A stretch of DNA of 32,734 nt. Origin: a virus. Lineage: Duplodnaviria > Caudoviricetes. Both the position numbers and the translations under genes were made by a program. The stretch lies in IMG/VR virus record IMGVR_UViG_3300048599_000264, positions 1-32,734 of that record, one strand, 5' to 3'. The first letter of the stretch is position 1. Each line of letters opens with the position of its first letter. Positions 8,802 to 18,693 of the stretch are shown one piece after another. Below the pieces are notes generated by a model. The model saw only the letters and a program-made list of their open reading frames with translations. It had not been told where the DNA came from and ran no database searches.

Positions 8802-10316
8802 ATGGACCCGAAAGAATTACTCAGGCAGCTTCTCGCACAGCAGGAGGCCATTGTCAAAACCGCAAAGGACGGCAAGCGCGACCTGACTGCCGACGAGCAG
8901 AAGAATTTCGATGACCTTCAGAAGAAGATTGAGGCCGCAAAGGCTGAGATCAAGATGGCAGAGGAGAGGGCGGCCGGCGGTTCTCCCGCCCACACTCCGA
9001 ACGCCGCAGACGAGGCCAAGCGCGCGGTTGATGCGGAGCGTCAGCGCACCGCGGAGATCACCAGCATGTGCCGCGATTTCAACATGTCTCCGGACAAGTT
9101 CGTTGCGGATGGCGTCACAGTCGAGCAGGCTCGCGCCGCCGTTCTCGATGAGCTCAAAAAGACTGCCGGTCCCGTCGGCGTCCGCATGACTCGGGATGAA
9201 GGCGACAAGTTCCGCGCCGCCGCAGTGGATGCGCTTTCCATGCGTTCCGGCGTCGTGATCGCGAAGGCGGCTGATGGCGCGACCGAGCTGCGCGGCATGA
9301 GCCTGCGCGACCTTGCCATTGAATGCATGACCCGCGAAGGACGCAACGCCGGCGAACTGCTTCGCATGGACCGTGACGCTCTTTTTGCTGAGCTGCAACG
9401 CCAGTTCTTCAACCCGACGGCGGCATTCCCGGCCATTCTCGACGCCACAATCAACAAGAACATCGTGCAGGCGTATCAGTCCGTGCCGACCACCTTCCAG
9501 GCGTGGACGACAAGGGGCAGCGTATCCGACTTCAAGTCGACGCCCGACCACAGCTACCTGATCGGTGGCGCCGGCGACTTCCTGCTTGTGCCGGAGAACG
9601 GCGAGTTGAAGCACGATAAACCCTCCACGGCTCTGCTGCCGCAGCGCAAGATTGATACCTACGGCCGGCAGTTCTCGATGTCCCGCCAGGCATTCATCAA
9701 CGACGACATCGGCTTCCTCGCCGAGGTCCCCGGCCTGTATGCGGCAAGCGCAAAGAAGACCATAGACAAACAGGTCTACACGATCCTGTACGGCAACCCG
9801 GCCATCTACGACGGCGTGACCCTGTTCGACGACACTAATCACAAAAACGTCATCGGCTCCGGCGCCGCTCCCAGCCAGACGACCATCCAGGCGATCATCC
9901 TCAAGGCGCAGAAGCAGAAGGATCCCTTCGATGAGCCCATCTACATGACGCCGAAATTCATCATCGTCGGCGTCGGCTACGAGTTCACGCTGGCTGTTGT
10001 GTTCGGCTCCGCTCAGGTCACCGGCGGGCCGAACAACGACATTAACCCGCTGTACAACTATCCGCTGCAGGTTGTGCAGACCCCCGTGCTCAACGCGCTG
10101 GCCGGCTCGAACGCCTGTCCGTGGTTCATGGTGACTGATCCCATGAGCGCCAAGAGTCTCCAGGTGGACTATCTCAACGGTCAGGAAACCCCGACCATCC
10201 GCCGCTCCGAGGTTCCCGGCGTGCTCGGCTACGTCTGGGATATCTACCTCGACTGGGGCGTTGCCGTGCGCGACTACCGGGGTATCTACAAGAACCCCGG
10301 CGCCGTCATTTCGTAA
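8802..10316 (+). CDS. Major capsid protein with N-terminal scaffold region (Mu gpT/Gifsy-2-like)
   Basis: Coiled-coil N-terminus; SDFK, VPENGE, TYGRQFSMSRQAFINDD, YLNGQETP, DWGVAVRDYRG. Confidence 0.92.
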   Translation: MDPKELLRQLLAQQEAIVKTAKDGKRDLTADEQKNFDDLQKKIEAAKAEIKMAEERAAGGSPAHTPNAADEAKRAVDAERQRTAEITSMCRDFNMSPDKFVADGVTVEQARAAVLDELKKTAGPVGVRMTRDEGDKFRAAAVDALSMRSGVVIAKAADGATELRGMSLRDLAIECMTREGRNAGELLRMDRDALFAELQRQFFNPTAAFPAILDATINKNIVQAYQSVPTTFQAWTTRGSVSDFKSTPDHSYLIGGAGDFLLVPENGELKHDKPSTALLPQRKIDTYGRQFSMSRQAFINDDIGFLAEVPGLYAASAKKTIDKQVYTILYGNPAIYDGVTLFDDTNHKNVIGSGAAPSQTTIQAIILKAQKQKDPFDEPIYMTPKFIIVGVGYEFTLAVVFGSAQVTGGPNNDINPLYNYPLQVVQTPVLNALAGSNACPWFMVTDPMSAKSLQVDYLNGQETPTIRRSEVPGVLGYVWDIYLDWGVAVRDYRGIYKNPGAVIS

Positions 10317-10331
10317 GGGAGGACAACGAAT

Positions 10332-10904
10332 ATGAACACAGTTTACAAACAGAACGGCAAGTCCGTCGACTACACCAATGGCGGCAGTACGACGATCACC
10401 GCCGGCTCCATCATCAGCCTGACGAACCGCGTTGGCGTTGCCGGGGGAGATATCCTTGTGGGCGCCGTCGGCAGTGCGATCCTTGAGGGCGTCTTCGAGG
10501 TCGCCAAAGACGCCAGTGTCATCGCTCTTGGCGCGCCCCTGTTCTACGACGAGTCTGAGGACAAGTTCACAACGACCGCCGCCGGCAACATCCCCGCGGG
10601 CTGGGCAGCGGCGGGCGCGCTGACCGGCGACAGTACGGCAATCATCAGCCTTGGCGATCCAAATGAGCTCGTTGCCGCTGTCGTGGCGGCTGTGAGTGCG
10701 ACCAGCGCAGAGGCTGTCAGCACAGCCGACGCCACGGCTGCCGGAGCTGCCTACGACCAGACCGTCGCACAGAGCGCCGTGGCGCTGGCAAACGCCCTGA
10801 AGACGACTGTCAACACGCTGGTCACGCTGGCAAATGCCGATAAGACAACCATCAATGCCATCCTGACTGCGCTCAAAGTCGCCGGCATCATGGCCTCGGC
10901 GTAA
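10332..10904 (+). CDS. DUF2190 capsid cement/decoration protein with head-fibre-like C-terminal extension
   Basis: YKQNGKSVDY...GVA..DI..GAVG...EGVFEV N-terminus; C-terminal INAILTALKVAGIM. Confidence 0.75.
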   Translation: MNTVYKQNGKSVDYTNGGSTTITAGSIISLTNRVGVAGGDILVGAVGSAILEGVFEVAKDASVIALGAPLFYDESEDKFTTTAAGNIPAGWAAAGALTGDSTAIISLGDPNELVAAVVAAVSATSAEAVSTADATAAGAAYDQTVAQSAVALANALKTTVNTLVTLANADKTTINAILTALKVAGIMASA

Positions 10905-10920
10905 GTCGGGGGAGGCGCAA

Positions 10921-11448
10921 ATGGCTCACTTAAAAGCTTGCCGGACGATCCTGCTCGGCAACAGGATGTATAAGCCCGGAGAGGCGATTCCCGCAAACAA
11001 CGCCGCGATGGTAAAGGCTTGGCTGTTGGCCGGTTCTGCCGAGTGGTCCAACGAACTGGTAGCCAAGCAACAGGAGGAGGTCCCGATTTATACTGCCGAC
11101 ATGGATATCGGCATACTCCGCGACGCCGGCAAAAAGTACGGCCTGAAGTTCAAAGTCGGAATGAAAAAGCCCAACATGGCCAACGCGCTGAATGACGCCG
11201 CTTCAGAGGCGGCGTCTGCAGGCGAGGATGACGAAAACGACGGGGGCAGCGCCGGCGAGTCCGACGACGAGTCCGATGACGAGGAGAAGGACAAGACGTC
11301 CGAAGAGGCCGCGCTTAAAGCGGACCTCCTGGCGAGGATTGGAGCCCTGCAACTCAGGTTGCCCGACGGCCTGACTATCGAGCAGGTGAAGGATGCTGTC
11401 GAGAAGGCCGAGGCTGAAGTCGCTGAAAACGGCGGTGGTCAGACGTGA
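10921..11448 (+). CDS. Hypothetical head-module protein (HeH/Rho-N-like segments, acidic linker)
   Basis: GGAGG SD; YKPGEAIP N-terminal motif; LRDAGKKYGL...MKKPNMANAL; D/E-rich linker. Confidence 0.7.
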   Translation: MAHLKACRTILLGNRMYKPGEAIPANNAAMVKAWLLAGSAEWSNELVAKQQEEVPIYTADMDIGILRDAGKKYGLKFKVGMKKPNMANALNDAASEAASAGEDDENDGGSAGESDDESDDEEKDKTSEEAALKADLLARIGALQLRLPDGLTIEQVKDAVEKAEAEVAENGGGQT

Positions 11449-11792
11449 GCGCCTTCAAGGATCAGCTGCAGCGGGATATCGGCGCCGTCTTTCTCAACAC
11501 TGACGAGCACGCTGAGCTGGTCCGCGTCGTCTACGACGAGTTTGACGCTGAGATCTCCGTCGTGCTCGATGAGATGATGCAGCAGGATCGGCCCGTCGTC
11601 AGGACGGGCGACAGCGATCATGCGGAGGGTATCTATCTGGCGACAACGACGATGTACGCCGCTTATAGTGACCTGGGCTTCGTCCCGAAGAATGGCAAAC
11701 GCATCACTATCGGCGGGACGACGTATCGCGTCGTCACCAGCACCAACGAGGCGGGCGTCGTCGTCTGTGGATTGGAGGCGTACGGAGAATGA
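11445..11792 (+). CDS. Head closure / head-tail connector protein
   Basis: MSAFKDQLQRDIGAVFLNTDEHAE start, P-x-x-G-x-x-I-x-I-G-G-x-x-Y-R-V beta region, and position. Confidence 0.75.
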   Translation: MSAFKDQLQRDIGAVFLNTDEHAELVRVVYDEFDAEISVVLDEMMQQDRPVVRTGDSDHAEGIYLATTTMYAAYSDLGFVPKNGKRITIGGTTYRVVTSTNEAGVVVCGLEAYGE

Positions 11793-12391
11793 GCAATCCG
11801 AGGTCCGGTAGCGTTGGCGTTTACGTCGACGACGAGGGAGACGGTTCGCTGCCGCGTGTCCAGAGAATTCTTGCCGGTATCCCGGGCGGCGCATACCGAG
11901 CAGTCGGCAGCGCGTTTGCCCGGGCGGCCAGGGCCGGGGTGAACGCGTCCGGCAAACTGGTCACAAAGGAATATGCCGTCAGCCAGTCGACGTATAAGGC
12001 AAACGTCACGAATATTAACCATATACAAAAAGGCGCGCAAGGGGTCAGCGTCGAATTCGGGTTCCGAGGACACGTCATCCCCCTGATCCAGTTCGACACA
12101 TCCGTCTCGAAAGACGGCCGTATTCAGACAAGAGTCAAACGGGGAAGCACCAGAACGGCCCTTGACAACGCCTTCATTTCTCAGGTCGGCGGTCACACCG
12201 GCGTCTACGAGCGCAAGACGGCCAAGCGCTATCCGATCAAGGAGAAGTACGGGCCGTCCACCGCGCAGATGATGTACTCAAACGAGGCTATACTCGACGC
12301 GCAGCATGAAGTCATCGTGGAGACCTACGACAAGCGGATTGAACACGAGATACATAGAATCCTTGCAGGCTATGGAGGTGGCGGGGCATGA
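11789..12391 (+). CDS. Tail completion protein (lambda gpZ-like)
   Basis: AFISQ.GGH.GVYER...RYPIKEKYGPS..QM motif and position. Confidence 0.75.
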   Translation: MSNPRSGSVGVYVDDEGDGSLPRVQRILAGIPGGAYRAVGSAFARAARAGVNASGKLVTKEYAVSQSTYKANVTNINHIQKGAQGVSVEFGFRGHVIPLIQFDTSVSKDGRIQTRVKRGSTRTALDNAFISQVGGHTGVYERKTAKRYPIKEKYGPSTAQMMYSNEAILDAQHEVIVETYDKRIEHEIHRILAGYGGGGA

Positions 12392-12852
12392 CGCCGATCG
12401 TATTACTGGAGCAGCTGAAGCTTTTCACCGAGGCGCATACCGCTGACCTACTTCTGCCGGTCCGGCCGGAATCCGGTGAGGAACTGAGCTACCGGGCTGC
12501 CGAGGTCCACCTCATGCGCCTCCCCGAAAAAGGCCACGCGACGAAAAAGGCGCCGTATGTCCTTCTTCAGTTGGTCACAGGTTCGGACGAGTTGGATGAG
12601 GGCAAGTGCTTCGTTCGGGTCATCGCCTGCGTCTACAGTGACGACGAGAGCGAGGGCGCGATGCTACTTCTCAACCTAATCACAAGGATTCGTGCCGCAT
12701 TGCTTGAGTGGCGCGTCGTCGGCGGCCAGTTCGCGCTTCAAATGCCTCTGGAGTATGTGCTCTACACGGACGACACAGCCCCGTACTTTCTCGGGGAGAT
12801 GTCCACTAACTGGAGCATCCCCACCATCGAAAGGAAGGTGTCATTCGATTGA
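12388..12852 (+). CDS. Putative tail terminator/neck protein
   Basis: PYVLLQL and PYFLGEM motifs; lies between the gpZ-like gene and sheath. Confidence 0.65.
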   Translation: MTPIVLLEQLKLFTEAHTADLLLPVRPESGEELSYRAAEVHLMRLPEKGHATKKAPYVLLQLVTGSDELDEGKCFVRVIACVYSDDESEGAMLLLNLITRIRAALLEWRVVGGQFALQMPLEYVLYTDDTAPYFLGEMSTNWSIPTIERKVSFD

Positions 12853-13232
12853 CAGCAAAACACAAGACCGATCCGGCGCCGGATGAAAACAGGACGACAG
12901 ATGTCCTGGACGCGCTGGCGGCCGCCGGCACTTTTCCCGCAAACGACGAGCCCGAGGAGATCACAGAGCCGGTGCAGAAAGAGGAATCCCCGCAGCCGTG
13001 GGTCTATATCGGTCCGACGGTGCAGCGGTCGCAGCTCCAGGAGGGGCGCATTGTGACGGGCACCCGCGCGGATGTGGAGAAGTTCTTCGCTCCGGAGCTG
13101 GAGAAGCACCCGAAGGCGCGGCACCTGATCGTCACGGCCTCGAATCTGGGCGCCTGCCGCGAGAGCCTCCGGACTTCCGGCAACCTGCTCAGCAAGACCT
13201 ATGCGGATATGAAATCCGCGATCAAAACTTAA
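12849..13232 (+). CDS. Hypothetical pre-sheath protein
   Basis: TTG start after GGAAGG; VYIGPT motif; overlaps the previous stop. Confidence 0.65.
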   Translation: MTAKHKTDPAPDENRTTDVLDALAAAGTFPANDEPEEITEPVQKEESPQPWVYIGPTVQRSQLQEGRIVTGTRADVEKFFAPELEKHPKARHLIVTASNLGACRESLRTSGNLLSKTYADMKSAIKT

Positions 13233-13245
13233 GGAGGTACAAAAG

Positions 13246-14712
13246 ATGCCTTTCTTCCATGGGGCGCGAGCCTCTGAAGCAAGTTCGACCGTCGCAACGC
13301 CGCTTGTCACTGCGAGCGGCATTCCTTTTGTCGTCGGTACGGCTCCGGTGCAGTCTGTGACGGACGGCAAGGTGAACGTCCCGGTGATGGCCAACAGCTA
13401 CGACGAGGCCGTCGCCGCGCTGGGGTATTCCGACGACTGGAAAACCTACACCCTCTGCGAATTCATGGACGCTTTCTTCAAGCTCTATAAGATGTCGCCT
13501 GTCATCTTCATGAACGTGCTCGACCCGGCCACTGCGGCCATGAAGGAAGCGGTTGCCGCCGCAGACAAGGCCGTCACGAGCCATCAGATCAAACTCTCCA
13601 TCGATGCCATCGACTCCAGTGTCGTCGTCAAAGCGGCGGGCGGGGCAGGGGACGCCAAGGTGCTGGACACAGATTACGCGCTGTACTACGACGGCGAATA
13701 CCTTGTCATCGAGGAATTGCCTGACGGCGGCATCTACGCGGCGACATCCCTGAGCGTCGCCTACAGCAAGATCAAAATCAGCGGCGTCACGTCGACGGAG
13801 ATTATCGGCGGATACAGCGACGTGACCAAAAAGACCACCGGTCTCGAGTGCATCAATCAGGTGATCGCGATGCACTCGGTCGTCCCGGACATCATCTGCG
13901 CGCCGGGTTGGTCCCACAATAACGATGTCGCCGCGGCAATGGCGACGAAAGCTGCTGGCATCAACGGGCTGTTCCCGGCAAAGGCCCTGATAGACGCCGA
14001 CGCGACAAGTTCCGGCGCCGATCACTACAGCGAGGTTGCCGCCTGGAAGGCGACCAACAGCGTTACCGACAAGACACAGATCCTCTGCTGGCCGCTGGTC
14101 GCGTACGTTGGCAAGACATACCACCTGTCGAGCCACATTGCTGGTTTGATTGCCCAGGTCGACAAGGCGTACGGCTGCCCCGGCGAGAGCCCGTCAAACA
14201 AGACACTCGTCATCGATTCTATCGTGACGGACGACGGCGACGGCACATACAGCGAGGTCGTCCTGACAATCAACGAGGCAAATATCCTGAACGCCGCGGG
14301 GATCGTTACCGCGCTCAGCTGGTTCGGCAAGTTTGTCCTCTGGGGCAACAGCAACGCGAACTATCCGGCGAGCACCGTCCCCAAGGACTACTTCATCAAC
14401 GTCTCACGGATGTTCGACTGGGTCGGCAAGAATCTGGTGCTGACGACCTGGCTGAAGGTCGACAAGAATCTGACGCGGCGCGTCATCGACTCCATCGTCG
14501 ACGCAACAAACATCTGGCTCAACGGCCTGACGGCGGACGAGAAACTCCTGGGCGGCCGCGTCGAGCTGAAGCCCGACGAAAACCCGATCACCGACATCGC
14601 GGCAGGTATCGTCAGGTACCACGAATATCTGGCAGCACCGTTCCCCGGCCAGACGATCGAGCATATCCTCGAATACGACGAGGCATATGTCCGTTCGGCG
14701 CTGGCAATTTAG
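13246..14712 (+). CDS. Tail sheath protein
   Basis: FFHG, GTAPV, LGYSDDW, PDIICAPGWS, ESPSNK, LWGN, VSRMFDW. Confidence 0.95.
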   Translation: MPFFHGARASEASSTVATPLVTASGIPFVVGTAPVQSVTDGKVNVPVMANSYDEAVAALGYSDDWKTYTLCEFMDAFFKLYKMSPVIFMNVLDPATAAMKEAVAAADKAVTSHQIKLSIDAIDSSVVVKAAGGAGDAKVLDTDYALYYDGEYLVIEELPDGGIYAATSLSVAYSKIKISGVTSTEIIGGYSDVTKKTTGLECINQVIAMHSVVPDIICAPGWSHNNDVAAAMATKAAGINGLFPAKALIDADATSSGADHYSEVAAWKATNSVTDKTQILCWPLVAYVGKTYHLSSHIAGLIAQVDKAYGCPGESPSNKTLVIDSIVTDDGDGTYSEVVLTINEANILNAAGIVTALSWFGKFVLWGNSNANYPASTVPKDYFINVSRMFDWVGKNLVLTTWLKVDKNLTRRVIDSIVDATNIWLNGLTADEKLLGGRVELKPDENPITDIAAGIVRYHEYLAAPFPGQTIEHILEYDEAYVRSALAI

Positions 14713-14723
14713 GAGGGATTGAT

Positions 14724-15239
14724 ATGAAACACGACGAGCAAGTCATTGCGCTCGAAGTCTATGAGGACGCCGTTTCCCAACTCGGCATCGCGGACGCGAA
14801 GCTTCCGGACGTGGCCTTCCTTTCGAACACCATCAGCGGCGCTGGCATCGCAGGGAAGTTCGAGGCAATCGTCCCCGGTATGATCGAAGCCATGACGACG
14901 ACACTCAATTTCAGGGCCGTCACCGACGCGGCGATCTCGCTCCTGGAGCCGCGCGCGCATAAGCTGGACCTCCGCGCGCCGCAGCAGACCAGAGACAGCG
15001 GTACCGGGCAGATCGCCGTCACGAGCATCAAGCACGTCCTGGTCGTCACGCCGAAAAAGCTAGGTCTCGGAAAAGCGGCGCCGGCCTCGACGGCCGACGT
15101 GTCGGGCGACTACAGCACGACCTATTACGCCCTGTACAAGGACGGGAAAAAGATGATCGAGCTGGACCCGATGAACTTCATTTGCATCATCAACGGCACG
15201 GACTACCTGGCGGACGTCCGATTGGCGCTGGGGAAATAA
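14724..15239 (+). CDS. Major tail tube protein (P2 FII-like)
   Basis: LP...ISGAGIAG, IELDPMN..IINGTDYLADVR; follows sheath. Confidence 0.92.
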   Translation: MKHDEQVIALEVYEDAVSQLGIADAKLPDVAFLSNTISGAGIAGKFEAIVPGMIEAMTTTLNFRAVTDAAISLLEPRAHKLDLRAPQQTRDSGTGQIAVTSIKHVLVVTPKKLGLGKAAPASTADVSGDYSTTYYALYKDGKKMIELDPMNFICIINGTDYLADVRLALGK

Positions 15240-15252
15240 CAGGCAAAACGAT

Positions 15253-15294
15253 AGCTCGGTGGGGTGTTTTCCCTGCCGAGCTTTTCGGTATTTT
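15253..15294 (+). terminator. Hairpin/terminator after the tube gene
   Basis: AGCTCGGTGGGG / CCCTGCCGAGCT stem (with G-U pairs) followed by TTTCGGTATTTT. Confidence 0.5.
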
Positions 15295-15312
15295 GAAAAG
15301 GAGAGCATTATC

Positions 15313-15678
15313 ATGCAGGACAACACAGGCAAATCCGTCGACGACGGAGAGTTGAACGAGGCACTGAAGGCCGCCGAGACCGGCGAGCCATATTATACGC
15401 ACACTTTCCGGAAGCCGTTTGACTGGGAGGGTAAGACCTACACAAAACTGGAGTTTGACTTCGGACGGCTTACCGGCCGCGACGCGCGCGCCATCGAAGA
15501 GGAACTGCTCCTGAAGAACAAGGCGGTCATTGTGCCGGCCATGTCCGGCGAGTACCTGATGTGCATGGCGGCTCGCTCCTCCAGGATCGGTCTTGACGCT
15601 TTCGACGCGATGCCCATTGCGGATTATAACCGCATCCGGGCCAGGGCAAGAAGTTTTTTATTGAATTCGGAATTGTAG
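15313..15678 (+). CDS. Tail assembly chaperone (P2 gpE / Mu gp41-like)
   Basis: ATG after AGGAGAG; LEFDFGRLTGRD and MPIADYNRI motifs; between tube and tape measure. Confidence 0.88.
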   Translation: MQDNTGKSVDDGELNEALKAAETGEPYYTHTFRKPFDWEGKTYTKLEFDFGRLTGRDARAIEEELLLKNKAVIVPAMSGEYLMCMAARSSRIGLDAFDAMPIADYNRIRARARSFLLNSEL

Positions 15679-15836
15679 CCGAGGCCACAGCCGGCTGGCT
15701 GCGGCGGCAGTTCATGATCCTTTCGCGGAACTGGAATACGCCGGTACCGTACTGGGAGAGCCTGCCGCTTGCCTCGCTGCGATTCTGGATCAGGGATTCA
15801 AACGACCTCATTGAAGATATGAAGCCGCAGAAATAA
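15654..15836 (+). CDS. -1 frameshift extension of the tail chaperone (gpE+E'-like)
   Basis: Slippery T-TTT-TTA at 15654-15660. The -1 frame reads FIEFGIVAEATAGWLRRQFMILSRNWNTPVPYWESLPLASLRFWIRDSNDLIEDMKPQK* and ends just before the tape measure gene. Confidence 0.85.
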   Translation, partial: FFIEFGIVAEATAGWLRRQFMILSRNWNTPVPYWESLPLASLRFWIRDSNDLIEDMKPQK

Positions 15837-15855
15837 CGCCCAGAGGAGGGACACC

Positions 15856-18693
15856 ATGGCGGACAGAAAAGAATATGAGTTGCTATTTAAGCTGAACGCT
15901 CAGCTGGGCGGCAGTTATAACAGCACCTTCAAGCAGGGGACAGCCGTTCTGGGCGGCATGCAGAAGGAGCTTCAGAACCTCAACAAGCTGCAGGGCGACA
16001 TCTCATCGTATCAGCGGCAGCAGGGCGCTGTCGATACGACGAAGGGAAAACTCCAAACCCTTCAAACGCAATACAAGAATATCGAGGCTGAATATCAAAA
16101 AACGGGCGCGAATTCTGTTGACCTGAAGAACAAAATGCTGGACAAGCAGCTGCAGATCGAGCGGACGAATACGGCGCTCCAGCAGCAGTCCGATAAGTTG
16201 ACCGCCCTCGGTGTCCACCTGAAAGAAGCCGGCGTCGATACGGCCAGCCTGAAGGCAGAGTCGGTACGGCTGGCGGACGAATATCAGACGCTGGCCAGCC
16301 GGCAGGAGCGCGTTGCTGATTCTCTCCAGGACGGCGCGACGCAAGGTCAATCATTTGGAGAGGAAACGACGCTGTCGATCGGCAATATTGCCGGAGCGCT
16401 TAAAACCGCCGGGATCGCCGTTCTTCTGAAGAAAGTTTATGATCAGATGGTCGCCTGCTCCCAGGAGGCTGCGACACTTGAGACAGCCATCGCTAAAATC
16501 GAGACCGTCGCCGGCAGCGGCGCGGACATGGATAAGATGACCTCCGATATGATCGCCCTGTCGAAGGAAACAGGCAAGGTTGCAACAGAGCTGTCGGGAG
16601 CAACCTATGAGGCGATTTCCTCCGGGATTGCCACTGCGAACGCAGCCGGGTTCACGGAGAAGGCCGCGAAGTTGGCTGTCGGCGGCTTTACCGATACGAC
16701 AGCCGCTGTCGATGTGCTAACGACGATCATCAACAGTTACGGGAAGTCCGCAGACGAGGCTGCACACATATCCGACGTCCTCATCACTACGCAGAACCTG
16801 GGCAAGACCACTGTTGACAAGCTGGCATCGTCTATGGGCATGGTGATTCCCACGGCGGCGGCTTATGGTACCGGGCTTGAAGACATCAGTACGGCCTATG
16901 CACTGATGACTTCAAGCGGCATGTCCACAGAACGGACGACCACATACATCAACTCCATGCTCAACGAGCTGGGCGATACCTCCAGCGAAGCATCTGAAGT
17001 GTTGATGAGTAAGACCGGGAAATCATTCTCGGAACTGATGAAATCTGGCGCCTCTCTCGGCGACGTGCTGGCCCTTATCAATACCGGGATGATAGATACG
17101 TCCGGCAAAGCGGCGCTTGATTATGTCGACAGCCTTGCCAAGTTGGAGAAACAGGGACTCAAGACGGATACCGCCCAGGAGAAATACCGCGATACCCTTG
17201 AAAAAATAGTTGAGGCTGTCCCAGCCCTACGGGATCAGATCGATATCGAAAACAACAGCGTCAAGGGCGGGCTCGGCGGGCTGCGGGATACCATAACCTC
17301 ATGGGTTGCGGAGACAAGCGGCACCGGCGATATAACCATGTTTTCCAACCTGTGGGGTTCACAGGAGGCGCAGAAAGCGGCGTTGTCGCTTTTGAACATC
17401 GGCGCTGAAAAGTATAACACCACAATGGGCCAGATGAAAAACAGCGCCGGCGCGACGGAGGCAGCGTTCGCCATAATGAACGACACCACCGAGGCGTCGC
17501 AGAATCGTTACGACGCGGCCGCTACAGCGTTTCAAATCGCCATCGGCGAGAAGATCAACCCGACATTGCAGGACATGCAGGAAGCGGGTACGGTGTTGCT
17601 CGAGAATATAACGGAGCTGATCGAGGGTCACGAGTCTCTGACGGAGCAAATGGAGGCCGCCGACGACGAATATGACAACAACATGGGGCAAATTGCGGCG
17701 ACCGGAACCGTTGCGCTCGGGTACATCGACCGACTGAAAGATCTGGAGGATCAGGGCCTGAAAACAAAGGAAGCCCACGAAGAGTATCACGGGATCCTCG
17801 AAAAACTGGTCACCATCATGCCGTCGCTCAAAGATCAGATTGACCTTGAGAACGACAGCATCAAGGGCGGTACTGACGCATTAAAGGCAAATACTCAGGA
17901 ATGGATGCGCAACGCCGTGGCGCAATCCTATCAGACTCTTCTCAAACAAAAGACGGATGCTTATGTCGCTACGCAGTCCAAACTTGACGCGGCGGAATCC
18001 TCGCTAAATGCGGCAATAGGGAAGTACGAGGTTTTAAATCAGCAGGCCGGTGCGGAGAGTGTCGCTGCCGCGCTTGGAACTACGGTTCAAGCTCTGACAC
18101 AGTACACTGAAAGCGATTGGTCGTCCGCGTACCAAGCCTTTGCCGAAAAAGGCAATGGCACGGCGATGCTCGATGAATATGCAAAATATCGGTCGGACAT
18201 CAGCGATACAGCAATTGAGATTGAAAAGCAGCAGACCGCCGTCGACAGTTATACAAAGCAGCTCGCGGATGCGCAGAACGAGGTTGAAAGCGTGGCAGCC
18301 TCCATGAGTAACCTAACAACCATCGTCGACGAGCTTGTTGCTGCTATCGGCCCCCATGTCGGCGCGGATGCGGGAGAAGACACGGAAGCGTCCAGGCGAT
18401 TTTACCGCGCACAGGGGGTTAAGGGGTATGCCTCCGGGCTTGCCTATGTCCCGTATGATAACTTCCCTGCAATGCTCCACCAGGGTGAACGGGTACTGAC
18501 TGCCAACGAAGCGCGGAGCTACGATGACGGCCGGGGCGGGATATCCATAAGCCTTGAATACAACCCCGTTGTCAACGCGGGCAACGCGTCCGATCTCGAC
18601 GAGAAACTCAAAGCGCACGGACAGGCCGTCGTCAAAATGGTGGTTTCCGCGATTGATGCCCGCGAGATTGACAGGGGGAGGCGGAGATATTGA
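15856..18693 (+). CDS. Tail tape measure protein (TP901 family)
   Basis: 945 aa, Ala/Gln-rich helical; YEAISSG, AAVDVLTTIINSYG, TQNLGKTTV; C-terminal YASGLAYVPYD...LHQGERVLT. Confidence 0.93.
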   Translation: MADRKEYELLFKLNAQLGGSYNSTFKQGTAVLGGMQKELQNLNKLQGDISSYQRQQGAVDTTKGKLQTLQTQYKNIEAEYQKTGANSVDLKNKMLDKQLQIERTNTALQQQSDKLTALGVHLKEAGVDTASLKAESVRLADEYQTLASRQERVADSLQDGATQGQSFGEETTLSIGNIAGALKTAGIAVLLKKVYDQMVACSQEAATLETAIAKIETVAGSGADMDKMTSDMIALSKETGKVATELSGATYEAISSGIATANAAGFTEKAAKLAVGGFTDTTAAVDVLTTIINSYGKSADEAAHISDVLITTQNLGKTTVDKLASSMGMVIPTAAAYGTGLEDISTAYALMTSSGMSTERTTTYINSMLNELGDTSSEASEVLMSKTGKSFSELMKSGASLGDVLALINTGMIDTSGKAALDYVDSLAKLEKQGLKTDTAQEKYRDTLEKIVEAVPALRDQIDIENNSVKGGLGGLRDTITSWVAETSGTGDITMFSNLWGSQEAQKAALSLLNIGAEKYNTTMGQMKNSAGATEAAFAIMNDTTEASQNRYDAAATAFQIAIGEKINPTLQDMQEAGTVLLENITELIEGHESLTEQMEAADDEYDNNMGQIAATGTVALGYIDRLKDLEDQGLKTKEAHEEYHGILEKLVTIMPSLKDQIDLENDSIKGGTDALKANTQEWMRNAVAQSYQTLLKQKTDAYVATQSKLDAAESSLNAAIGKYEVLNQQAGAESVAAALGTTVQALTQYTESDWSSAYQAFAEKGNGTAMLDEYAKYRSDISDTAIEIEKQQTAVDSYTKQLADAQNEVESVAASMSNLTTIVDELVAAIGPHVGADAGEDTEASRRFYRAQGVKGYASGLAYVPYDNFPAMLHQGERVLTANEARSYDDGRGGISISLEYNPVVNAGNASDLDEKLKAHGQAVVKMVVSAIDAREIDRGRRRY

